This document shows, piece after piece, positions 53,595 through 64,000 of a DNA stretch of 64,000 bases. A program made the translations under genes and the position numbers. The stretch is from the NCBI RefSeq assembly GCF_018977255.1, contig NW_024704742.1, positions 83,516,001-83,580,000 of the forward strand, given 5' to 3'. The notes under the pieces are model-generated. The model did no database searches, was not told the origin of the DNA, and saw nothing but the letters and a program-made list of their open reading frames with translations. Positions within the stretch are counted from its first letter, which is position 1. Each line of letters starts with the position of its first letter. This stretch comes from Callorhinchus milii (Eukaryota).

Positions 53595-54109
53595 AGAGTG
53601 TGTCAGTGAGAGCCCAGAGTGAGCTACGTCCGGAGTGAGGCGAGGCCAGAGTGTGAGGGAATTTGGTGAGAGTGGGAATTGCTGCTGTGAGTGTCGTGAG
53701 AACTGCTATCGTGAGCACATAACCCAATGTGTTGTTGTTGTTGTTGTTATTATTCAAGTCTTGTAGCAGTTGTTGTAGTTGTTTTAAGTATTGTGTTAGT
53801 TAAAATTGCTGATACCATTGGTACATTGGTCTTGTGGGGTAACTTTACAGGGATCAGCTGTAGCCGATAACAAGTAACTTATTGATTAACTTAACTTATT
53901 GATTAATCACTTGATTAGGTGTTAATTCCAAATCACTGCTGAGCAAATCAGAAACGGGTTGCACCCAGAATCTATAAATGGGAGATAGCTGCGAGAGCCC
54001 AGAGTGAGCTACGTCCGGAGTGAGGCGAGGCCAGAGTGCGAGGGAATTTGGTGAGAGGGGGAAGTGGGGGCAGGCTATATATCTTTGTATCTATGTAAAG
54101 ATTGTGAAG

Positions 54110-55135
54110 ATGGTGTGGCAGGTAAACTGCGAGGTCTGTCACATGTGGGAGTCGATGGAGGGCACCTTAAGCCCGGGCGACTTCATCTCCCGCAAGTGTC
54201 TGGAAATCAGGGAGCTTCAGCTGAGAGTAGCTGAGCTGGAAGCCCAGGTGCAAACACTGCGCTCCATCAGGGACAGTGAGAGGTTCCTGAACAGTATGGT
54301 GGAGGAGACCCTCACTCCCCTAGGACTCAGTGATAGCAGCCCATCACTGTATAGGAACCATGAGATAGGGGTATTGGAGCCATCGGGAGGTCAGAGTTCA
54401 GGAGCAGGACCACTCCCAGAGGAGCCCAACACACAGCCACATGCTAAAAGTGATTGGGTGACAGTGCGATGGGGAAAGAAGAGGGCTTATGCAAGGCAGA
54501 GCACCCCCAACAGAGTACCGGTCTCAAATCAGTACTCAGCATTAGCAATTGAGAGCGTGGAAACCTCCCATGAGGACAGCAGTGAACATTCTGTCCAACA
54601 GGACAGGGGCATGGATCACACGGGCAACACTGTTCTGATAGGGGATTCAACAGTGCGAGGCACTGACAAGATCTTCTGTCATAAGAATCGTAAGGCTAGG
54701 ATGGTTTGCTGCCTTCCTGGTGCGAGGGTAGTGGACTTTACCCAGCGTGTGGACAAGATTCTTCAGGGGGAAGGAGAATGTTCAGAAGTCGTGGTCCATG
54801 TGGGGACCTACGATATTGGGAAGAAGAGGGCTGAGATATTCCAGGGCGAGTATCAAAAATTGGGGAACAAACTCAAGGCCAGAACATCCAAGGTGGTGAT
54901 CTCTGGGTTACTCCCGGTGCCTCAGGCAACGGGGCACCATAATGAAAGGATCAGGCGTATGAATGACTGGCTGGAAAAATGGTCCAGAAAAGAAGGTTTC
55001 CGTTTTGTGGACAATTGGGACCACTACTGGGGGAGGTGGGATCATTACCTTGCGGATGGGCGGCACTTAAGCAAGGCAGGGGTTAGCTTCCTGGCCAAGA
55101 GATTATCGAATGCTGGGGGGGCTAATTTAAACTAG
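54110..55135 (+). CDS. CR1 ORF1p: Zn-finger/leucine zipper plus SGNH esterase (341 aa from ATG 54110), open frame
   Basis: CEVC..SRKC, heptads LQLRVAELEAQVQTL, then GDS, CLPGA, HVGTYD, DGRHL blocks typical of CR1/L2 esterase ORF1. Confidence 0.9.
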   Translation: MVWQVNCEVCHMWESMEGTLSPGDFISRKCLEIRELQLRVAELEAQVQTLRSIRDSERFLNSMVEETLTPLGLSDSSPSLYRNHEIGVLEPSGGQSSGAGPLPEEPNTQPHAKSDWVTVRWGKKRAYARQSTPNRVPVSNQYSALAIESVETSHEDSSEHSVQQDRGMDHTGNTVLIGDSTVRGTDKIFCHKNRKARMVCCLPGARVVDFTQRVDKILQGEGECSEVVVHVGTYDIGKKRAEIFQGEYQKLGNKLKARTSKVVISGLLPVPQATGHHNERIRRMNDWLEKWSRKEGFRFVDNWDHYWGRWDHYLADGRHLSKAGVSFLAKRLSNAGGANLN

Positions 55136-55383
55136 TGGTGAGGGGGGATGGGTATCTCAGGATAAACAATAGATTAGGGAATAGAGAAAAAAGACAAGTG
55201 GGAAATATAGAGCAGGTACATGTGGACAATTTCCTCAAATGCATGTACCTAAATGCACGTAGCTTAGGGAATAAGGTTGATGAGCTGCAGGTTCAACTGC
55301 CCGTAGGGGGTTACGATGTGGTAGTAATTGAGACATGGCTCAAGCCAGGACAGGAATGGGAGATAAATATTCCAGGGTATAAT
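55135..55383 (+). pseudogene. CR1 ORF2, N-terminal endonuclease part
   Basis: CMYLNARSLGNK...ETWLKPGQEWEINIPGYN, cut by the L2 insertion. Confidence 0.88.
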
Positions 55384-58300
55384 TTGACCCGAGCCCCCTC
55401 ACCCCCTCCCTCCTGCCCCCCTCCTCTCTCCCCCCATACCCTCCCCCCTCTGCATCTCTCCCGCTCTCTCCTCCTCTCTCTCCGTCCCTCTCGTCTTCTA
55501 TCCCCACTTGACCCTCCCACAACCTCCCTCTGTTCCAGCCTGGGAATCCTCCGCCGGGCTCACCGTGGCACTCGGCGTTGGCTGTCCAGCAGCAGCCACA
55601 CCGACTGCCCCATTCCCCACCACACTCGCCACCCACCCCGGACACAGACCCGGGGAGTCAACCTCTCCTCCCTTATCCCCATCCCCCCCACCCCTGCCTC
55701 ACAACCTGGACCCCCCTCCCCTCCCACACACCCTTCTGTCAACCGCTCCCTCCACATCGGACTGCAAAATGTCCGCTCCCTCTGCAACAAGGCCCTGGTC
55801 ATCAACGATCTCATCCTTGATGAGAACGTTGATATCATGGCCTTAACAGAAACCTGGCTCACCCCAGGCGACACCTTCCCCCTCACGGAGGCCACACCAC
55901 CCGGCTACACCTCCCACCACATCCCCCGCCCCAACCGCCGTGGCGGTGGTGTTGCCCTTATCTCAAGGACACCACTTGCCCTATCCCCTACTCCACTGGC
56001 TCTTTCCCCTCCTTTGAGCACCTCACCCTCTCCCACCCCTCATTCCTCTCCCTTAAAATCCTCCTCCTCTACCGGCCCCCTAAAACCTCTCCCACCTTCA
56101 TCTCTGACATTTCAACACTCCTCACATCTCTTTGCCTCTGCTCCGATCGCCTCATCATCCTGGGCGACTTTAACCTACACTTCACCCCCTCCTGCTCCAT
56201 CTCCACAGACTTCTCTTCCCTGCTCTCCTCACTCAACCTCTCCTTACACATAAACTCCCCCACTCACAGTCACGGCCACCCACTCGATTTGGTGATCACC
56301 CGGGGCCTCAGTGTCTCGGATGTCACTATTACCGACAAGGCCATCTCTGACCACTACTTCATCTCCTTCACCACCTCCACCCCCTCCCCACCTCCACCAG
56401 ACCCACCACCATCTTCTACCGCCCTTGGAAGAAGTTACCCCCACAATCCCTAACCGATGCCTTGGAGTCCTCTGAACTCCTCTCCCTCTGGCCTTCAACC
56501 CTCACCGACCCCTCTTCTCCTCTCTCCCTCCTCCACAATACCCTCTCCTCCACACTCGATACTCTTGCCCCCATCACTTCCCGCACTGTCTCCTACTCCC
56601 GCTCCTCCCCCTGGTACACCACCCACCTCCGCTCACTGAAAAGCCAGGTGCGGGCTGCTGAACGCACCTGTGTCAAATCTGGCCTAACGGTCCACCGACA
56701 AATCTGGCTGGACCTCCTCAAAATTTACCGCTCCACTCTAGCCTCGGCCAAGTCGTCCTTCTACTCCAGGATAATCCTGGAGGCGAAGAACAACCCCAGG
56801 CTACTGTTTTCCACCACAACCCGACTCCTCCGTCCCCCCCGCCACCCCGCGCAGGTCATCTCCTCCAACCTTCACTGCGAGGAGATGCTGGATTTCCTTG
56901 AATCCAAGATCAAGGGAATCCGCTCCGCGGTCACTTCCCCTCCAACTTCCACCCACCACCCACCCCTTCCCTCCCACACTCCGACTCCTACCCATCCTCC
57001 CCACACACCTTCGTACCCGTTTCCCCACCCTCTGTCACCAAACTCATCCTATCCCTAAAACCAACCACCTGCTCCCTTGACCCCATCCCCACTCCACTCC
57101 TTATCTCCCAGCTCCACTTTCTTGCCCCACATATCACTGACATCATCAACCTGTCCCTCTCCTCTGGCTCTGTCCCCATTCCATTAAAAACTGCCATCAT
57201 CACGCCCACCCTGAAAAAACCCTCCCTTGATGCGTCGCAGCTATCAAGCTACCGGCCCATCTCCAACCTCCCCTTTCTCTCCAAGGTCCTGGAAAGAGTT
57301 GTCGCCTCCCAACTGCGCTCTTTCCTTTCCACCCATTCACTTTTCGAACCCCTTCAGTCAGGTTTCCGTGCTGCCCATAGCACAGAAACTGCCCTGGTCA
57401 AGGTCACCAATGATATCCTGACCATCTGTGACCAGGGCTCCCTCTGCCTCCTCGTCCTCCTCGACCTATCGGCAGCATTCGATACGGTCGACCACGCTAT
57501 CCTACTCCACCGCTTGTCCTCCCACCTCAACCTTCAAGGCACTGTCCTTGAATGGTTTAGGTCGTACCTTTCTCACCGTCTTCACTTTGTCTCGACGAAT
57601 GGCTTCTCCTCCACCCCCCGCACTGTCTCATGTGGTGTCCCTCAGGGCTCTGTCCTCGGTCCCCTCCTCTTCACCCTCTATATGCTCCCCCTCGGTGACA
57701 TCATCCGCAGACATGGAGTTAACTTCCACATGTATGCGGATGACACCCAACTCTACCTTTCCTCCTCTACTCTCAACTCCACGACCACCGATGTCCTGAC
57801 AGCTGCCTGTCCGACATCGAGTCCTGGACGAGAGACAACTTTCTTCAGCTCAACGTGCGAAAAACCGAGGCCCTCCTGATTGGCTCACGTCAGCGCCTCC
57901 GCACCTCAGGCGCTGACACCATCAGCATCCAAGGCTGCACTCTCCACCTCTCAAAGCCAGTCAGGAACCTCGGCGTTTTGTTCGACCCTGAGCTGTCCTT
58001 TCTCCCTCACATCCGCACCACAACTGGCACCGCCTTCCATCACCTCCGGAACATCGCCAGACTACGGCACTACCTCACCCCTCACGCTGCTGAAACCCTG
58101 GTCCACGCCTTTGTCACCTCAAGGCTGGACTATGGGAACTCTCTCCTCGCCGGCCTTCCCGCCACCTCCCTCCACAAGCTGCAGGTCATTCAGAACTCTG
58201 CAGCTCGTGTACTGTCCCGCACCAGGCTTCGCGACCACATCACTCCCACCCTCGCTCGCCTCCACTGGCTCCCCATCCCCCAGAGGATTGATTTCAAGAT

Positions 58301-58724
58301 CCTCATCCTCACCTACAAGGCCATTCACGGCCTTGCTCCCTCCTACCTCTCCAACCTACTATCCCCCTACCTACCTGCCCGTACCCTCCGTTCCTCTGGC
58401 TCCGGTCTGCTCCACGTCCCCCGCCCCAACCGCCCTACCATCGGTGGTCGGGCCTTCAGCCTCTCAGCCCCCAGGCTCTGGAACTCTATCCCCCAGTGCC
58501 TTCGCCTTGCTTCCTCCCTTTCCTCCTTCAAGGCCGGTCTCAAAACCTTTCTCTTTGACCGAGCCTTCAGCTCCCCTCTCGACTCTCTTCCCCTCCTCGC
58601 TCCCTCCCTTCCCTCCCCTCACCATTTCCCCCTGCTCGGGTCATGACCCAACTGTGCAGCGCCTTGGGACGTCCTCCTGACGTGAAAGGCGCTTTATAAA
58701 TGGAATCTTGTTGTTGTTGTTGTT
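55384..58724 (+). mobile_element. Near full-length single-ORF L2 LINE (APE+RT) nested in CR1 ORF2
   Basis: TSD gtataat (55377-55383, 58725-58731); [34 protein letters not shown] motifs; 3' stem-loop and (TTG)n tail; four 1-bp deletions and no in-frame stops. Confidence 0.95.
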
Positions 58725-58731
58725 GTATAAT

Positions 58732-59970
58732 GTGTTCAGGAAGGATAGAGAAGGAAGAAAGGGTGGAGGGGTGGCAATATTAGTTAAGGATACAATTGTA
58801 GCTGTAGAAAGGGACGAGACTCTAGAGGGCCCGACAACAGAATCGATCTGGTTAGACGTCAGAAATAGGAAAGGAGTGGTTACACTGATAGGGGTTTACT
58901 ATAGAGCACCAGACAGCGGGAAGGAGATAGAGGAGCAGATCTGCAACCAGATCACGGACAGATGTAGGGCCAACAGAGTTGTCATAATGGGGGATTTCAA
59001 TTATTCCAATATAGATTGGCAAAATAGCAGCGTTAAGGGCAAGGCAGGAGAAAGATTCATCAACTGTGTACAGGAAAATTTTCTTGAGCAGTATGTCTCC
59101 AGTCCTACAAGGAAGGAAGCATTGTTGGATCTTGTCCTAGGGAATGAAATAGGTCAGGTTGAACAAGTTTCGGTAGGGGAGCATCTAGGTAACAGTGACC
59201 ATAATATTATTAGATTTAGATTACTCATGAACAAGGACAAAGTACAGTCAAGGGTGAAAATGCTTGACTGGAAAAGAGCTAATTTTGATGGGCTAAAGAG
59301 GGACCTAGAGTTGGTGGACTGGCAAGTAAGAATGGCGGGTAAAACGACTCATGAGCAATGGGAAATCTTCAAAGATACGATAGCTCAGGGTCTAAATAGA
59401 TATATTCCTACAAAAGGGAAATGTGCGAGAACCAAGCCTGCTTGGATGACCAGGGATATTCTGTCTAGGATGAAAAAGAAGAAGATGGCGAACGACAATT
59501 GGCGGATGCAAGACACTGAGGATAGCAAAGCGCATTATAGAGAATGCAGGAGTGGTCTTAAAAGAGCGATAAGACAGGCTAAAAGATCTCATGAGAAGAG
59601 GTTAGCGGGTAACATAAAGGGGAATCCTAAAATATTTTATAAGCACATAAAGGAAAAAAGGTTAGTTAAAGGTAGGGTGGGGCCAATCAAAGACGATGAC
59701 GGCAATCTTGTTATGGAGGCAGAGGGCTGATGTACTCCACGAGTACTTTGCATCTGTCTTCACAACGGAAATGGATGCCCCAAATGCCGCAGTATTGGAT
59801 GAGAGGGTAGAGGACTTAGATCAGATTACTATAGACAGAGAGGAAGTTCTGAAAAGATTGACTGGGCTCAAAATTGATAAGTCACCCGGACCAGATGGGT
59901 TTCACCCGAGGTCGCTGTGGGAGATACCGGTTCAAATAGCGGAGGCTTTGGCCATTATATTTCAATCGTC
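58732..59970 (+). pseudogene. CR1 ORF2 continuation (rest of endonuclease, linker, start of RT)
   Basis: VFRKDREGRKGGGVAIL continues PGYN exactly; frameshift near 59728; ends at ...IIFQSSL. Confidence 0.9.
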
Positions 59971-60900
59971 TCTCACTGACACACTCTCTCACTGAAACTC
60001 TCTCTCACTGACACTCTCTCATTGACACTCTCTCACTGACACACTCTCTCACTGACACACTCTCTCACTGACACACTCTCTCACTGACACACTCTCTCAC
60101 TGACACACTCTCTCACTGACACACTCTCTCACTGACACACTCTCTCACTGACACTCACTCACTGACACTCTCTCACTGACACACTCTCTCACTGACACTC
60201 TCTCTCACTGACACTCTCTCTCACTGACACTCTCTCTCACTGACACTCTCTCTCACTGACACTCACTCATTGACACTCTCTCACTGACACTCTCTCTCAC
60301 TGACACTCTCTCTCACTGACACTCTCTCTCACTGACTCTCTCACTGACTCTCTCACTGACACTCTCTCTCACTGACACACACTCTCTCACTTATTGACAC
60401 TCTCACTCACTGACACTCACTGACTCTCTCTCACTGACACACTCTCTCACACTCTCTCACTGACACACTCTCACTCACTGACACTTTCTCACTTACCCTC
60501 TCACTGATCCCTCTCACTGACCCCCCTCCTCACTGACACCTCTCACTGACACCTCTCACTGACACCTCTCACTGACCCCACCTCCTCACTGAGCCCCCTT
60601 ATTGCCTCCCCATTTCCCCCTCACTGACCCCCCTCACAGAACCCCCCTCACAGAACCTCCCTCCTCACTGAGCCCCCTCACTGACTCCCCCCTGACTCCC
60701 ACCTCCTGACTACCCCCTCTCTGACTCCCCCCTCACTGACCCCCCTTATCACTGACCCCCCTTTCTCACTGAACCCCCTCCTCACTGACCCCCTCCTTAC
60801 TGACCCTTTCCCTGACTCCCCCCTCACTGACCCTCCCCTTCACTGACCCACCTCACTGTTTTCCCTGTCACTGCCCCCCAACCCACACACTGACTCCTCC
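59970..60900 (+). repeat. (ctct)ctcactgaca minisatellite, right part, grading into cccctcactgac units
   Basis: Direct inspection. Confidence 0.92.
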
Positions 60901-61209
60901 ACCTCATATCATTGAATCCACTCCGTAATCTCTGTCACAACAACGTTACACAAACAGCCAAGTGAGTTATCAATTTTATTCTAGGATTGTTGGCCATCAT
61001 GGAAACACCCTCCTCTTTTCGAGTATAGCCAAAGGATCTGATAACATCCACCTGATCAGCTTCAGGACTTGAGGTAATATCTCATCCAAACGACGGCGTC
61101 TCTGGTAATGCAGCACTTGCCCAGCACTGCTCTGGAATGTCAACCTGGACTGAGTTCCAAGTGCAATGTGGGGCTTAATCCCAAAACCTTCTGACAGAGG
61201 TGTGAGTGA

Positions 61210-61533
61210 TAATAATACTAATAATGATAATAATCCTTGCATTTGATATAGCGCTTTTCATGTCTTCTAGACGTCTCAAAGCGCTTCACAGAATGTACTG
61301 TAAAGTGAATTGACTGTACATTTGTGGGCGAAGCGCGGCAGCCAATTGCGCACAGCAGTGTCCCACAAACAGTTGTGGATTGAAGTGACCAATTTATCAT
61401 TATTATTTTTCTTGGGGGATTATTATCAGGAATATGGAGTAAGGAAACTTGCCCAAGGTTTTGTCCTGCCGGGAATCGAACCCAGGTCTCTCACTTGCGA
61501 GGCGAGTGCTCTAACCACTGAGCTATAGACTCC
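61210..61533 (-). mobile_element. tRNA-derived SINE, full length
   Basis: Near-identical to the 41518 and 44543 copies. Confidence 0.92.
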
Positions 61534-61679
61534 ACGATACCATTGAGAGCCAATGATGCTCTCTCTGGAACAATGCACTCTGCTTTCTTAATTCTGGAAA
61601 GTGTTGAGAGTCAAGGCTCCCCATTGTTTTTCCAGCTCAGATTACCCTATAGGTTTAAGACTTTAGCGAGTACAGTAAA

Positions 61680-62462
61680 CAACAACAATATTACATTTGT
61701 ATAACACCTTTCACGTTGGGAGGACATCCCAAGGCCCAGGATAATCAGCGTTTTGGATCCGAGCTGGGGTCGGGATTGGGTAGAGTGGAGGGCTGATGGG
61801 TGTGGGGCAGAAAGGTGATCGAAGGCATGGTCGAAGAAGAGCGCAAAGCCATGGAGGGCTTTGAAGGTGAGGACCAGGATCTTGAACTGTATCCTCTGTA
61901 TGATGGGAAGCCAAAGGAGTCAGGCAAGGATGGGGGTGATAGGGTCATGGAGCCTGGTGCAGGAGAGCACACGGGCTGCAGAGTTCTGGATGATCTGCAG
62001 CCTGTGGAGGGAGGAGTTGGGGAGGCCGACAAGCATTGAGTTTGCATAGTCAAGCCTGGATGTTATGAAAGGGTATATGAGGGTTTCGGCGACCTGCGAT
62101 GTGAGACAGTGGCGGAGCCGAGTGATATTGCGGAGGTTGGGGAAGGCAGAGCAGGACATGTCACAGATGTGGGGTAGAAATGATAGTAGAGGGTCAAACA
62201 AGACGTCAAGTTCCGGACTGGCTCAGTAAGATGGAGTGTGCAACCATGGATGGTGATGCTGTCAGTGCCTGAGGTGTGGAGGCGCTGACGGGAGCCAATC
62301 AGGAGAGCCTCGGCCTTGTTGACCTTCAACTGGAGAAAGTTAGCTCTCATCCAGGACTTGATGTCTGACAGACATTCTGTCAGGACAGCAGCGGTCCTGG
62401 AGTCAAGGGTGGAGGCAGAGAGATAGAGTTGTCACCGGCAAACATGTGGACGTTGACCATGT
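61680..62462 (-). mobile_element. L2 LINE 3' fragment, degraded
   Basis: [31 protein letters not shown]; stem-loop tail and TTG repeats. Confidence 0.9.
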
Positions 62463-62686
62463 CTGTTAATAGGAGCTAAGTGGGGAGAATCCATGCCTCT
62501 AATGATCCGCCCTTCCAAGTCCTGCTGACGAGTCAGGCAACTTTGTCTATCAACATTGCCTTGGAGCAATACGGACCCACCTGACTCAGGAACTAGACTA
62601 CCAACTGGACTACCTATAGTTTGCCTGTATTTTGATTGATGCACTCGTGAAAACAAAACAGAAAAGATGATTTTTTTTTAAAAAAC

Positions 62687-62705
62687 GCTCTCCATCTAGT
62701 GGTCA
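62687..62705 (-). promoter_or_regulatory. Candidate CTCF site (tgaccactagatggagagc)
   Basis: Motif match to CCACYAGRKGGCR only; a second match ccagcagatggca lies at 27167-27179. Confidence 0.3.
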
Positions 62706-64000
62706 TTGCATACGATGCAGCCTCATTCTCCCTCATAACAATGCTAAATGAGAACGGGTGTAATAGACGCCCATCTCGAACATTGCTAATCGTTTTTGTT
62801 ATATGTCATTAAAAGGTTCTGTTCCATAGGAACATATGAATGCATAGAAAAGATCACTAAATCCGCTTTTTCCACAAGGCATACAAAACTTACCCTAGGA
62901 CTCTTCTCCCTATATCCTAGTAAAAACTCTATTACTCAACTCTACAACAACTTCATTTACGGTGGCATTGCCAGATGCCAAGCAAGGGAGAAGACGAACG
63001 TGACCTTAGGTGGTTTTAAGGTGTGATTTCAAGACAGATAGAGAGGGGAGAACAGAGGAATAGAGGCAGGGAGTTCCAGATGCTAAGGGCATAATGACTG
63101 AAGGCTTTTGCCAGCTGATGGGGTCACAGAGGGAACAGGAGATGCGCAGCAGGCCCATGTCAGCTGAGTAGAGGAGGTTTACTCGACATCCTAAACCACA
63201 AATCAACAAAAGAATGTTCAACTTATATTTGCACAATTCAACCCTGGCCTACTTTCCTCACCAAATAATGTGCCCTTTACCTGCTCCAGCTCTATATCAC
63301 ACAGCTGAAATTCCACCTAATCTTAGCCTGTAATCAACAGTGCCCTGAAATACTACGGACCGCCTGGCTCAGAAACCGAGACCACCACAAAGGATTGGCT
63401 CAATTCCGGCTTGAGCATGCAAATTCCATTGCAACAATCTGTCTCTGGGATTTCCATGTGTAGGTGGGATGCATGGAATCCTCAGTTTGGTTCGGATACT
63501 CTTGATAGTATGTGTCGGACACCTGGCTGATCAAACATAAACTTAGCCTTTAAGATAATTTTGTCTTAAAGTCTTAAAGTCTTAAAGCCTGTGCCAAATA
63601 TACAGTCAATTCACTTTACAGTATATTCTGTGAAGCGCTTTGGGACGTCCTCCCGACGTGAAAAGCGTTATATCAAATGCAAGGATTATTATTATTATTA
63701 TTTACAGTATATTCTGTGAAGCGCTTTGGGACGTCTAGAAGACGTGAAAAGCGCTATATCAAATGCAAGGATTATTATAAATGGCATCATAATTTGGAAG
63801 CAGAATAACAGGTACCAAATTCAAATTCAATTTAACAATTGAATCTTGAATTTTAAGGTTTGCTGGTTTTACCAGCTACAACTAGGTGGAATTTCAAAAC
63901 TATTTTTTTCTTGACGTATTTTTCATCTCAGGGTTCATCTATTTCTCATATTAATGGTATGACAATTTTTAGGTCAATTCCAAGTTCACAAGAAATACTC

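Larger units (their letters stand above)
53608..59970 (+). mobile_element. CR1-clade LINE with intact 5' end, interrupted by an L2 and 3'-truncated at the start of RT
   Basis: 5'UTR with a 71-bp direct repeat, esterase-type ORF1, and ORF2 APE motifs (NARSL, ETWL | GGGV, YYRAP, GDFN, LDLV, SDH) plus KSPGPDG. Ends in a minisatellite. Confidence 0.93.

Noticed and set aside
59970..60900. CRISPR-like or coding array
   Set aside because: Tandem minisatellite without unique spacers in eukaryotic intron-exon DNA.

Overview
Repeat-rich vertebrate DNA, probably from a cartilaginous fish (inferred from the L2/CR1 LINEs and Deu-type/tRNA SINEs; not provable from sequence alone). The only host gene is the 5' part of a KDM4C (JMJD2C) histone demethylase on the minus strand: seven GT-AG coding exons (36153->4931; 144+176+115+194+50+104+138 = 921 nt, 307 codons) encoding JmjN and JmjC with the H-x-E...H iron ligands intact. 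The gene continues past the left edge. A CpG island at ~49.6-50.1 kb lies between an N-gap and inverted GT/CA arrays; it probably holds exon 1 and may be flipped in the assembly. The rest is transposon-derived: an internally deleted hAT transposon with an 8-bp TSD, many L2 and CR1 fragments, and tRNA-derived SINEs. At 53.6-60.0 kb a CR1 with intact 5' end and open esterase ORF1 has a nearly full-length L2 inserted in frame into its ORF2 (7-bp TSD), giving a CR1-head/L2-body chimera. Most ORF-track entries are spurious or TE-derived. Exon, TSD and inverted-repeat coordinates were counted by base; degraded repeat boundaries are approximate.
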